From a virus, in the IMG/VR virus record IMGVR_UViG_3300037313_001714, positions 1-64,000 of that record: 64,000 bases of DNA. One strand, 5' to 3'. Within the stretch, counting starts at the first letter, position 1, and every line of letters starts with the position of its first letter. A program made the position numbers and the translations under genes. Shown here one piece after another: positions 56,158 to 64,000 of this stretch. The notes under the pieces were generated by a model. It saw only the letters and a list, made by a program, of their open reading frames with translations. It ran no database searches and was not told the origin of the DNA.

Positions 56158-57288
56158 TCAGGAGCCCGCGCGGGCTGCGTGCAAGGCCTGCACCACGCGC
56201 ACCGGCCCCTTGCTTTCCTCGCGCCGGTCGGCGCCGATCTGGATCAGCATGTCGCGCCGGTCGTTGAGCGACGCCACCAGGCTCTTGTTGATGCTGGCGA
56301 TGGTCTCGGCCTCCACCACCCGGTTCTTGATCGCGAGCCACAGCGGGTCTGTCTTGACGGCGCTCTCCACCGCCTTCTCGGTGACCTTCTCGCCGCCCGC
56401 GGCAGCCTTCGCGGCCAGGATCTTGCGGTGCTTCTCGTACAGCTGCGCCTCCTTCACTTCGGCCTGCAGCTTCACGCGGTCGGCCTGGGCCTCCGCGTTG
56501 GCCGCGAACTGCCCGTAGGTGGCGCGCAGGCTGTTCTGCTGCATCATGGCGTCGCTCAGGTTGGTGTCGCTGATCGCCGTCTCGCGCTTGAACTCGTCCA
56601 CGTCGATGGAAAAACGCAGGCCCGGGGCGACGCGCGGGTTGTGCGTGTCGGGTTCGGCGGGCGGCTTGCTGGCTTCGCTCGCCAGGCCGGTGCCCTCGTC
56701 CTTCTCGATCTCCGCGATGGCAGCGGCCGCTTCGGCCGCCTCGTTCGCTGCGGCCACCGGGGTAGCCGGGGCGGCGGGCGTTGCTGCAGCCGCCTTGCGC
56801 GTGCGCACGATGGTCTGCACCGCGACGAACGCCGACTGGTACTCGCTGCTCGCCTGGCCGTAGATGCCGGCGATGTCCTTGAGCTTGGCCTTCATCTGCT
56901 CGCCGGTCATCGGCGACCAGTCGGGCATCGTGAAAGCCGGCAGGCCCAGCGCTTCGCCGGTGCTCGGATCGTCCTCCCACGGCAGCGGGTCGGCGATGGG
57001 TGTGACCTTCTCGGGCACGACGAAGTTGGAGGGCTCGGGCGCGGCATGGGCGGCGTCGGCGATGATCGCGTCCACCTTCTGCGCGGCCGTCACGCGCTGC
57101 GACTTCAGCGCCTCGGGCGGCAGCTCGGGCTGCTCGCGCTTGGCCGGCGCGGCGACGGCAGCGGCCGCCTCCTCGACGACCACCGCGGCCGGTGCCGCGG
57201 GCGCATCGACCGCGCCGGCAGTCTCGAGTTCCAGCTCCGCCATGATGGCGTCCAGCTCCGGGTCGTTCATTTCGATTTCGCGTGCCAT
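56158..57288 (-). CDS. protein with UvsY-like recombination-mediator C-terminal coil and long Ala/Pro/Glu-rich N-terminus
   Basis: 'EKVTEKAVESAVKTDP.W.....RV...E......SL..RRDMLIQIG'. Confidence 0.55.
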   Translation of the reverse strand: MAREIEMNDPELDAIMAELELETAGAVDAPAAPAAVVVEEAAAAVAAPAKREQPELPPEALKSQRVTAAQKVDAIIADAAHAAPEPSNFVVPEKVTPIADPLPWEDDPSTGEALGLPAFTMPDWSPMTGEQMKAKLKDIAGIYGQASSEYQSAFVAVQTIVRTRKAAAATPAAPATPVAAANEAAEAAAAIAEIEKDEGTGLASEASKPPAEPDTHNPRVAPGLRFSIDVDEFKRETAISDTNLSDAMMQQNSLRATYGQFAANAEAQADRVKLQAEVKEAQLYEKHRKILAAKAAAGGEKVTEKAVESAVKTDPLWLAIKNRVVEAETIASINKSLVASLNDRRDMLIQIGADRREESKGPVRVVQALHAARAGS

Positions 57289-57392
57289 GTTGCGTGTGCT
57301 CCGTGTTGCGTGTGCAGGTTGCAGGTTTGAGGGTCTGACTGTAGCCCGAATGGGCAGGAAAAGATGCGTCACGGGTGACTGAGTGAAACTGC

Positions 57393-60300
57393 CTAAGAAA
57401 CGATCTCGTGAACGGTCTTGAACACCTCCTTCAAGGCGTCGTACTTGCTCGGGTCGAAGTTGATCTGTTGCGGGTTCAGGCCGCACACGATGGTGGCGGC
57501 CAGCGCCGCGTCGTAGATGGTCTTGCCCACCATCTCCGCGCCCTTGGCGCCCGGGATGAAGCGGCGGATCGCTGCTGAGCCCAGCGCCACGATCACCGGC
57601 GGCTTGATGACTTCCAGCTCGCGGGTGAGGAACTGGCTGCAGCCGTTGATCTGGTCGTTGGAGAGGAACTTGTCGTTCTTCTTGGCCTTCACGAGCGTGG
57701 TGTAGTAGCCGTCACCGGGCTGCAGGCCGGCATCGCGGATGGCTTCCTTCACCCAGCCGGCGGCCTCGCCCTCCAGCAGCTTGTCGGCCTTTTCCTCTTC
57801 CCAGCTCGGGCAGTCGGCCACCACCATGAACTTCACGTTGGACTTCATGCGCGCCTGCGGATGCGGCCGGCCGGCCAGGTCGCAGTCGCCGCACTTGCGG
57901 TACTCCTGCACGATGTGGATCACCTTCGCGCGCACGAACTTGTCGGTGACGTCCGTGGTGCGGTCGGCCTTGACGTTGTCGATGATCAGGCCTGGCATCA
58001 GCTCGGTCTGGTCGCGCCGGCGGTCCGGGTGGCGCGCCGGCTTCTCGGTCGGGTCGATGCTGGCCAGTGCGCCGACGAGTTTGAGGCGCTCGCGGTGCGT
58101 GATCGTGATCTTGCTGCCCTTGACGCTGGTCACTGCCTCGAAGTGCGCGGCGCTGGTGAAGCGGCCGCCGGCGGCGGCGCGGTGGGCCATGAGCTTGTGC
58201 GCCGTGTTGTCGCTCAGGCCCTTGACGGCGCTGAACGGTGCCAGGATGTGCGTGTCGTCGGGAATGGTGAAGCGCTCGGTGGACAGGTTGATGTCCGGCG
58301 GCAGGATCTCGATGCCCGCCTCGCGCGCGTCCTTGACCAGGCCCGCGAGCTTGTCCTCCTTGACGATCGACAGGCAGGCAGCGAAGTATTCGGCCGGGTA
58401 GCGCACGCGCAGCCACATGGTCCAGTAGCTGATGATGGAATACTCGACCGCGTGCGAGCGGTTGAAGCCGTAGCCGGCGAACGCCTCGATCTTGTCGAAC
58501 AGCGCGCCCGCGATCGCGGCATCCATGCCCGAGTGCTTCTCGCAGCCCTCCACCCAGGCCTTGCGCTGCTCGGCCATCTTGACCTTGTCCTTCTTGCCCA
58601 TCGCCTTGCGCAGGTGGTCGGCGCCGGCGCGGGAAAAGCCGGCCAGGTCGATCGCCAGCTGCATCACCTGCTCCTGGTAGACGATGACCGAGTAGGTGGA
58701 CTCGAGCGCCGCCTCCATGTTCGGGTGCTCGTAGCTGGGCGTGAGCATGCCCTGTTTGATCGCCACGAAGTCGTCCATCAGGCCCGAGTCCATCGGGCCG
58801 GGCCGGTACAGGGCGGTGGCCGCGGTGATGTCCTCGAAGGTGAGCGGTCCACCCTTGCGCAGCTCGCGCAGCAGCTTGCGCATGCCAGGCGACTCGAACT
58901 GGAAGACGCCCGTGGTGTCGCCGCGCCCGAAGGCGTCCATCACGTCCGGGTCCTCGAGCGGCAGATCGGTGTAGGTGACGTCGACGCCGTGCCGGCCCTT
59001 GATGTACTGCCGTGCGATCTCCAGCACGTCGAGCGTGGACAGGCCCAGCACGTCCATCTTGACCAGGCCCCAGTCCTCCACCGTGCGCTTGTCCCAGGAC
59101 ACCACCGGCAGGCCTTCATCCGTCTCGCTGCGCGTCTCCACGACCGCGCGCTCGTGCAGCGGCACGCCGCCGATCACCACGCCCCCGGCGTGCTGGCCGA
59201 ACGAGCGCATCACGCCTTCGAGCTTCAGCGCGTGGCCCCAGATGTGCGGATGGTTCAGGCGGAACTTGTCGATCTCGGGGATCGCTTTGGCGGCTTCCTC
59301 GAGGGTGGCCGACACGCCCTGCTCCTTTGGCACCAGCTTGGTCGGACTCAGCTCCAGGTTGGACAGCTCGTGCACCCGGCCCGCGTCCCTCAGCGCCGAT
59401 GCGGAGGCGAGCGTCGAAAAGTTGCTGACACCGGCCACCCGGTCGGCACCGTGGCGGCCGACCAGGTACTGGAAGACCTCGTGCCGCCGGCTCGTCTGGA
59501 AGTCCAGGTCCGCGTCCGGGAGGTCGAGGCGTTCAGGGTTAATGAACCGCTCGAACAGCAGGTTGAAACGGATAGGGTCCACCTCGGTGATCCCAAGGAG
59601 GTAGGCAACGAGACTGCCACCAACCGATCCCCGACCGGGACCAACAATGATGCCATTGGCTTTGCTCCAGTTCACGAGGTCCGCGACCAGCAGGAAGTAG
59701 CCGGCGAAGCCCATCTTTTTCAGGACCGCCAGCTCGTAGTTCAAGCGCTCGCGGTACTTGGGCAGGTCGGCGATCGACGGCTGGTGGCCCATGACGCGGC
59801 GGCCGAAGCGCCTACCCCAGCCCGCGATGCACAGCCTGCCCAGCTCCATGAACTCGTTGGTCGCCATGGTGGGCAGCGACACCGGCAGCTTCGCGAACTC
59901 CCACCTGCAGGCGTCGGCCAGGTGCTGGGTGTTGACCAACCCCCTGGCGAACAGGGTGGCGATCTCATGCTTGCTCAGACCCGTGTTTCCCCACTTCTCC
60001 GCACGGTCCACCGCGCCGCTCAGACGTAGTCGCAGCGTCGCAGCCGGCTTGAAGCCGAAGTCGCGCACGAACTGGCGCGGGCGGTGCCGCGTGTCCATCT
60101 TGTACTGCCCCGACGAGCAGATCGTCTGCAAGACCTCCAGCGTGGGTGCGTCTGCGTCGTCGCGGTACAGAAACGGATAGGTGACAAGGGTGCGCGCAGC
60201 GTGCGTGTGCGCTGCCTTCAGCGCGCGCGCGTTGAGCGTGTCGAACAGCGGCGTGTCGATCGGCGCCAGTTCGACATAGACGCGCTCGCGGCTGAACTTC

Positions 60301-60788
60301 GCGATCAGCCGCTGCAGGATCGCGTCGGCCTCCTGGTGGTGCCACAGGCTGTTGAAGTCGCCGGTGGACACAAGCACGTCCTCGAGCGCGAACACCTGCT
60401 CCCAGCCGGTGCGCGCGTGGTAGTAGAACTGCTCGCGCGAGTTGGCCGCCGACAGCAGCTTCATCAGGCTCGTGATGCCGCGCTCGCCCGCCACGTAGAC
60501 CTTGATGCACACGTGCGGGTTCGGCTTGTCCTCGATGCCGCTGTTCTTGGCCGGCTTCTTCCACAGCGGGTCGTCGTAGACGCGCAGGCGGCAGCCGACG
60601 ATCGGCTTGATGCCGGCTTTCTTGCACTTCGTGGTGAAGTCCACCAGCGAGTGGATCGACATCGTGTCCACCAGCGCGACCGACTCGTAGCCGTGCCGCT
60701 GGGCCTCCTCGATGATGTGGTCCGTCTGCAGCAGCGACTCGCCGATGCTGAAGTCGCTGCGCACGGACAGCGCGTGGTTGATGCTCAT
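57393..60788 (-). CDS. dnaE: DNA polymerase III alpha subunit with C-terminal uracil-DNA-glycosylase-like domain
   Basis: PHP 'HALSVRSDFSIGES', GPGRGS, PDADLD, GQHAGG, FQFES, YGFNRSHA. C-terminal 'FMVVADCPSWEEEK...TTLVKAK...FLTRELEVIKPPVIVALGSAA'. Confidence 0.93.
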   Translation of the reverse strand: MSINHALSVRSDFSIGESLLQTDHIIEEAQRHGYESVALVDTMSIHSLVDFTTKCKKAGIKPIVGCRLRVYDDPLWKKPAKNSGIEDKPNPHVCIKVYVAGERGITSLMKLLSAANSREQFYYHARTGWEQVFALEDVLVSTGDFNSLWHHQEADAILQRLIAKFSRERVYVELAPIDTPLFDTLNARALKAAHTHAARTLVTYPFLYRDDADAPTLEVLQTICSSGQYKMDTRHRPRQFVRDFGFKPAATLRLRLSGAVDRAEKWGNTGLSKHEIATLFARGLVNTQHLADACRWEFAKLPVSLPTMATNEFMELGRLCIAGWGRRFGRRVMGHQPSIADLPKYRERLNYELAVLKKMGFAGYFLLVADLVNWSKANGIIVGPGRGSVGGSLVAYLLGITEVDPIRFNLLFERFINPERLDLPDADLDFQTSRRHEVFQYLVGRHGADRVAGVSNFSTLASASALRDAGRVHELSNLELSPTKLVPKEQGVSATLEEAAKAIPEIDKFRLNHPHIWGHALKLEGVMRSFGQHAGGVVIGGVPLHERAVVETRSETDEGLPVVSWDKRTVEDWGLVKMDVLGLSTLDVLEIARQYIKGRHGVDVTYTDLPLEDPDVMDAFGRGDTTGVFQFESPGMRKLLRELRKGGPLTFEDITAATALYRPGPMDSGLMDDFVAIKQGMLTPSYEHPNMEAALESTYSVIVYQEQVMQLAIDLAGFSRAGADHLRKAMGKKDKVKMAEQRKAWVEGCEKHSGMDAAIAGALFDKIEAFAGYGFNRSHAVEYSIISYWTMWLRVRYPAEYFAACLSIVKEDKLAGLVKDAREAGIEILPPDINLSTERFTIPDDTHILAPFSAVKGLSDNTAHKLMAHRAAAGGRFTSAAHFEAVTSVKGSKITITHRERLKLVGALASIDPTEKPARHPDRRRDQTELMPGLIIDNVKADRTTDVTDKFVRAKVIHIVQEYRKCGDCDLAGRPHPQARMKSNVKFMVVADCPSWEEEKADKLLEGEAAGWVKEAIRDAGLQPGDGYYTTLVKAKKNDKFLSNDQINGCSQFLTRELEVIKPPVIVALGSAAIRRFIPGAKGAEMVGKTIYDAALAATIVCGLNPQQINFDPSKYDALKEVFKTVHEIVS

Positions 60789-61060
60789 ACTGGGATGTAG
60801 TCCTGGTCCACCCGTTCGGGAATGGTTCGCTCCCACAAGATGACGAGGTTATGCATGCGCGTGCGGCTGATGGTTCTGGATGGTGAAGTTGCCGTGCACC
60901 CCGGCGACGGCGACACGAACGAGCTGCCCGGATCGAACTCGCTCTCGTTGTGCTCCTGCAGGTAGCTCGCGCGCACCCGCCAGCCCGACTCCGTTGTGGG
61001 CGGCAGCAGCGTGCCGGAGAACGGCAGCGTCACTGTGTGGACGTGATATTCGAACCTCAT
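60785..61060 (-). CDS. hypothetical protein
   Basis: Start MRFEYHV; coupled ORF. Confidence 0.5.
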   Translation of the reverse strand: MRFEYHVHTVTLPFSGTLLPPTTESGWRVRASYLQEHNESEFDPGSSFVSPSPGCTATSPSRTISRTRMHNLVILWERTIPERVDQDYIPV

Positions 61061-61713
61061 GCCAGCACGAACCTGTCGCCGTCCAGGCGCACGATGCCGA
61101 AGGTCTGCAGGATGGCCATCGCCTGCGCCATCTGGCTGCGCGCGGTGCCCTCGGTCCAGCCGAGGTCGGCCATCAGGCGGGCCAGCATCTCGGCGCGGGT
61201 GAAACCGCCGGTCAGCAGCAGCTCGCAGGCGATGCGCATGTGCTTCCACTCGCCGATCTCGGCAAACGGGTTGTTGCCTTCGTGCAGCTTGTCGCGCAGC
61301 CCGGTGATCAGGTTCGCCTTGCACAGCGACACCGCCATCGCCTGCGCCTTGGTGTTGGCGATCTTCATGATGAGCGTGCTCTGGTCGCCGCTCAGGTCGA
61401 AGGAGACCTTCACCACGCGCGTGGTGCGCTCGATCGGCTTGGCCACCGGCTTGGGCTGGGATGCCGGCACCGCCGGCGTGGCCACCGACTCGGGCGGGCA
61501 GGCCGCAGCGCGCGCCTTCTCGTGACGCTTGAGCAGGTCGTTGACGTTGACCCGGTCGCGGATCGCCTGCAGCGTCGCCCAGCTCGCGTCCTTGCAGGCC
61601 GCGTAGGCCGGGCAGTCCTGGCAGACCTTGCCGTCCACCGCGAACACGCTGGCCGCGCCGAAGCAGCCTGGCGCCAGAATCTGGCGCCCATCACTGGCGT
61701 TGACGATGGTCAT
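61057..61713 (-). CDS. zinc-finger / wHTH-like hypothetical protein
   Basis: 'PGCFG...CQDCPAYAAC'; C-terminal 'FTRAEMLARLMADLGWTEGTARSQ'. Confidence 0.65.
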   Translation of the reverse strand: MTIVNASDGRQILAPGCFGAASVFAVDGKVCQDCPAYAACKDASWATLQAIRDRVNVNDLLKRHEKARAAACPPESVATPAVPASQPKPVAKPIERTTRVVKVSFDLSGDQSTLIMKIANTKAQAMAVSLCKANLITGLRDKLHEGNNPFAEIGEWKHMRIACELLLTGGFTRAEMLARLMADLGWTEGTARSQMAQAMAILQTFGIVRLDGDRFVLA

Positions 61714-62468
61714 GCTGTCTCCACTTGCCGCACCAGCTCGCCCAGCTCGGCGTGCACCAGCGCCAGGTCGGTGTCGTCCACCGGTGCGCCCGCGAGCTGC
61801 AAGAAGCGGCCAATGCTGTCGATGCTCACATCGGGGTCGCGCATGATGGTGGCGGCCCGCGCGCCCTGCTCTTTCGCGTGCTGGTAGTGCGCCGACTGCT
61901 TGCCCAGCTCGCACACCAGCTCGGGCGGCGGCTCGCGCAGCCAGCTCACCACCAGCTGCGTGAGCGGCGACATGCGCTGCAGCTGCTTGTCCACCCATTC
62001 CAGGCGCTCCACCTTCTGCTCGGGCGACTCGCTGTCGGCCTCCAGCAACTCCTCGAAGGGCAGGCCCTCCTCGTGGGAGCGCAGCCGGCTGAACGGCACC
62101 GGGCGCAGGCCCCACTGGGGCGGATCGAGCAACTTCTCGCCGGCGATGGCGCGCCGCTTGTTCTCGTCGCGCACGAGCTGGATCTGCTCGCGCTGGCCGG
62201 TGTTCAGGTTCTTCACCCCCGACATCACGCCGATCACCTTCTGGAAGTGGTTGCGGGCATAGCGCGAGTAGATCGCCGAGAACTTGAAGCCGGACTCCGG
62301 GTCGTAGTTCTCCGCGGCTTTCAGGAAGGCGATCGACGCCTCCTGAAAGCAGTCGTCGTATTCGAAGCCGGCGTGGTTCAGGTTGGCCATCTTCAGGCAC
62401 TGCTGGGCCTGCAGGTGGATCAAGCCCTGGTGGTCCTCGAAGCGCGGCGGGTTGGTGTTCTTGGCCAT
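61710..62468 (-). CDS. sigma70 region-2-containing phage transcription factor
   Basis: 'EYDDCFQEASIAFLKAAENYDPESGFKFSAIYSRYARN'. Confidence 0.7.
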   Translation of the reverse strand: MAKNTNPPRFEDHQGLIHLQAQQCLKMANLNHAGFEYDDCFQEASIAFLKAAENYDPESGFKFSAIYSRYARNHFQKVIGVMSGVKNLNTGQREQIQLVRDENKRRAIAGEKLLDPPQWGLRPVPFSRLRSHEEGLPFEELLEADSESPEQKVERLEWVDKQLQRMSPLTQLVVSWLREPPPELVCELGKQSAHYQHAKEQGARAATIMRDPDVSIDSIGRFLQLAGAPVDDTDLALVHAELGELVRQVETA

Positions 62469-62607
62469 GGTCACGCTCCGAAGAAGAACAGCCAGGACCA
62501 GTCGCGCAGGCCGTAGCCGCACGGGCAGCACTTGTAGGCCTCGCAGCTGGCGGACCAGGCGTAGGCCAGGTCCACATCCAGCACGCTCACGTCGTCGTGG
62601 ATGAACA

Positions 62608-63174
62608 TCACGCCTCCGCGGTCTCGGGTTCGGGCTGCTTGTCCTTGGGCCAGCCCGCCTTCGTGAGGTCGGCCATCAGGTTGGCCAGGGCCGGCACGCT
62701 GCGCGAGGGCGGCGCGGTTTCATCGGGCAAGTACTTCGCGAGTTCCGGCAGCGCCTCTTTGGCTGTCTTCACCGTGCTGTAGCCGCGAATTGTGGCGTTG
62801 AGCTTTTGCTCCATCTCGCCGCGCGCGGTGTTCTGCTCTCCTTCCTTGTCGTACAGCGCCTGGATCTTCGCCTCGAGGTCCTTGTCCTTGATGTAGCCGT
62901 CGTCCAGGTCGCTCAGGTACACGTGGAAGTTGATGTTGGTCGTGTAGCTGCGACCCGATGAAACGGAATAGACGACGCTGACGTGCACCTGCTGGATCGG
63001 AAAATACTGCGGATGCGCCTTGCGCGCACGCTTGATGATGTCGGGCGCCTTGTTCAGGAAATAGTCCTGGACGATCTTTTGCATCTGCTCGCGGTAGTCG
63101 ACGCGCGGGATGTCCTGCATGACCGCCCGCACGAAGGCGTTGCGGATCGATTCGGTGATGCGCATGCTGCTCAT
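62608..63174 (-). CDS. Nmad5-like (nucleotide-modification-associated) protein
   Basis: 'MRIT..IRNAFVRAVMQDIP..DY' N-terminus and 'TVKTAKEALPELAKYLP' C-terminus resemble this family (from recall, not a search). Confidence 0.55.
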   Translation of the reverse strand: MSSMRITESIRNAFVRAVMQDIPRVDYREQMQKIVQDYFLNKAPDIIKRARKAHPQYFPIQQVHVSVVYSVSSGRSYTTNINFHVYLSDLDDGYIKDKDLEAKIQALYDKEGEQNTARGEMEQKLNATIRGYSTVKTAKEALPELAKYLPDETAPPSRSVPALANLMADLTKAGWPKDKQPEPETAEA

Positions 63175-63188
63175 GTTCCGCTCTCCCT

Positions 63189-64000
63189 TCAGCCGAAGAT
63201 GCGCTGCGCCAGGCCATCGGCCACTTCGCGGTCGACCTTGGACAGCTTGTTGATGAAGGCCAGGTTCAGACCCTGGCGGAAGCTCGCGCGCATGACACCG
63301 ATGCGCGCCGCGTTGATCAGGGTGCGCGGCGAGATCGTGTCGCTGATCTTGGCGCCGTCGTACGACTGACGGATCAGCGAGGCGAACTCCACCATCTTGT
63401 CGGCGTCGGCCTTCGTGAGCTTGCAGTGGTTGATCAGGATCTGGCTCTCGGCCGCCTTGTCCATGTACTTCTTGTGGATCACCATCCCGAAGCGGTCGTA
63501 GTTGGCGCTGTTCTGGATCAGCGTGCCTTGGTACAGGCCGGTCTCGTCGCCGCTGCCGTTGGTGTTGCCCGTGGCGACGAAGCGGAACATCGGGTGCGGC
63601 TTGACGATCCGCATGTCTTCCGGCGCTTCTTTAATCACCAGTGACTTACCCTCCAAGACCGGCTGATAGACCGCCAGGACGCTCGGCATGCCGAAGTCGT
63701 ATTCGTCGGCGCAGTACACCCAGCCATTGAGCATGGCGAGCGGCAACGGCCCGAGCTGGAACTCGGTCTGGCCGCCCTTGACGATCCACTGCCCGAGGAT
63801 GTGGCTCTCTTCGGTGTTCACCGTGTGCTGCACCCGGATGAACGGCCGGTTGGTGCGCGCGGCCACCTGCTCGAGCATCTCGGACTTGCCCGAGCCCTTG
63901 TGGCCCCACAGCAGCGTCGGGATGTTCAGCTCCATCGCGAGGATCACGTTCTTCAGCTCGTCGATGTCGTAGACATAGTTGTCCGACACCGCCGGCACCA
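63189..64000 (-). CDS. CobS/MoxR-type AAA+ ATPase (5' end outside the window)
   Basis: GHKGSGKS Walker A, ADEYD Walker B, ATGNTNG, NYDRF, ISPRTLI. Confidence 0.88.
   Translation of the reverse strand, partial: VPAVSDNYVYDIDELKNVILAMELNIPTLLWGHKGSGKSEMLEQVAARTNRPFIRVQHTVNTEESHILGQWIVKGGQTEFQLGPLPLAMLNGWVYCADEYDFGMPSVLAVYQPVLEGKSLVIKEAPEDMRIVKPHPMFRFVATGNTNGSGDETGLYQGTLIQNSANYDRFGMVIHKKYMDKAAESQILINHCKLTKADADKMVEFASLIRQSYDGAKISDTISPRTLINAARIGVMRASFRQGLNLAFINKLSKVDREVADGLAQRIFG

Noticed and set aside
57393-60788. Inteins in DnaE, RecA or NrdJ
   Set aside because: No C/S...HN-C/S/T splice junctions or LAGLIDADG blocks seen, and conserved motifs run contiguously.
63189-64000. Cobalamin biosynthesis gene cobS
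   Set aside because: No cob pathway genes. CobS/MoxR-like AAA+ ATPases are common stand-alone phage genes, so no gene symbol was assigned.

Overview
The window is 64 kb of a large, high-GC, double-stranded DNA bacteriophage or phage-plasmid. No capsid, terminase, integrase or Rep gene falls inside it. Gene content and order resemble SSU5/pHCM2-type phage-plasmids, which is an inference from family knowledge rather than a search. Most genes are on the minus strand. From left to right: (1) a wHTH / GNAT / Ntn-hydrolase / thioredoxin-like / ABC-ATPase / 2x ParB-N module with a divergent SF2 helicase; (2) a plus-strand array of five unrelated genes that share one 3' end, followed by SLOG and RMF-like genes; (3) a lower-GC two-gene cassette and about 1 kb of non-coding DNA; (4) about 20 kb of small hypothetical early-type genes with paralog families, an HNH gene and a DnaQ-like exonuclease; (5) a divergent pair of exported enzymes (metallopeptidase and GH12 lipoprotein); (6) nucleotide metabolism genes (P-loop kinase, dut, thyX, class II RNR); (7) recombination and replication genes (RuvC-like, SbcC, SbcD, RecA, 5'-3' exonuclease, gp32-like SSB, UvsY-like, DnaE fused to a UDG-like domain), then a sigma-like factor, an Nmad5-like gene and a CobS/MoxR AAA+ ATPase. 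The most striking unexplained signals are: a non-canonical tRNA-like cloverleaf between the SSB and exonuclease genes; a C-terminal G-x-(A)-W/F tail on about 16 unrelated proteins, including a DNA-level repeat at the ends of five tandem genes; and a GTCA-N4-TGAC(TTA) palindromic operator at about 25 sites, usually next to -10 boxes.
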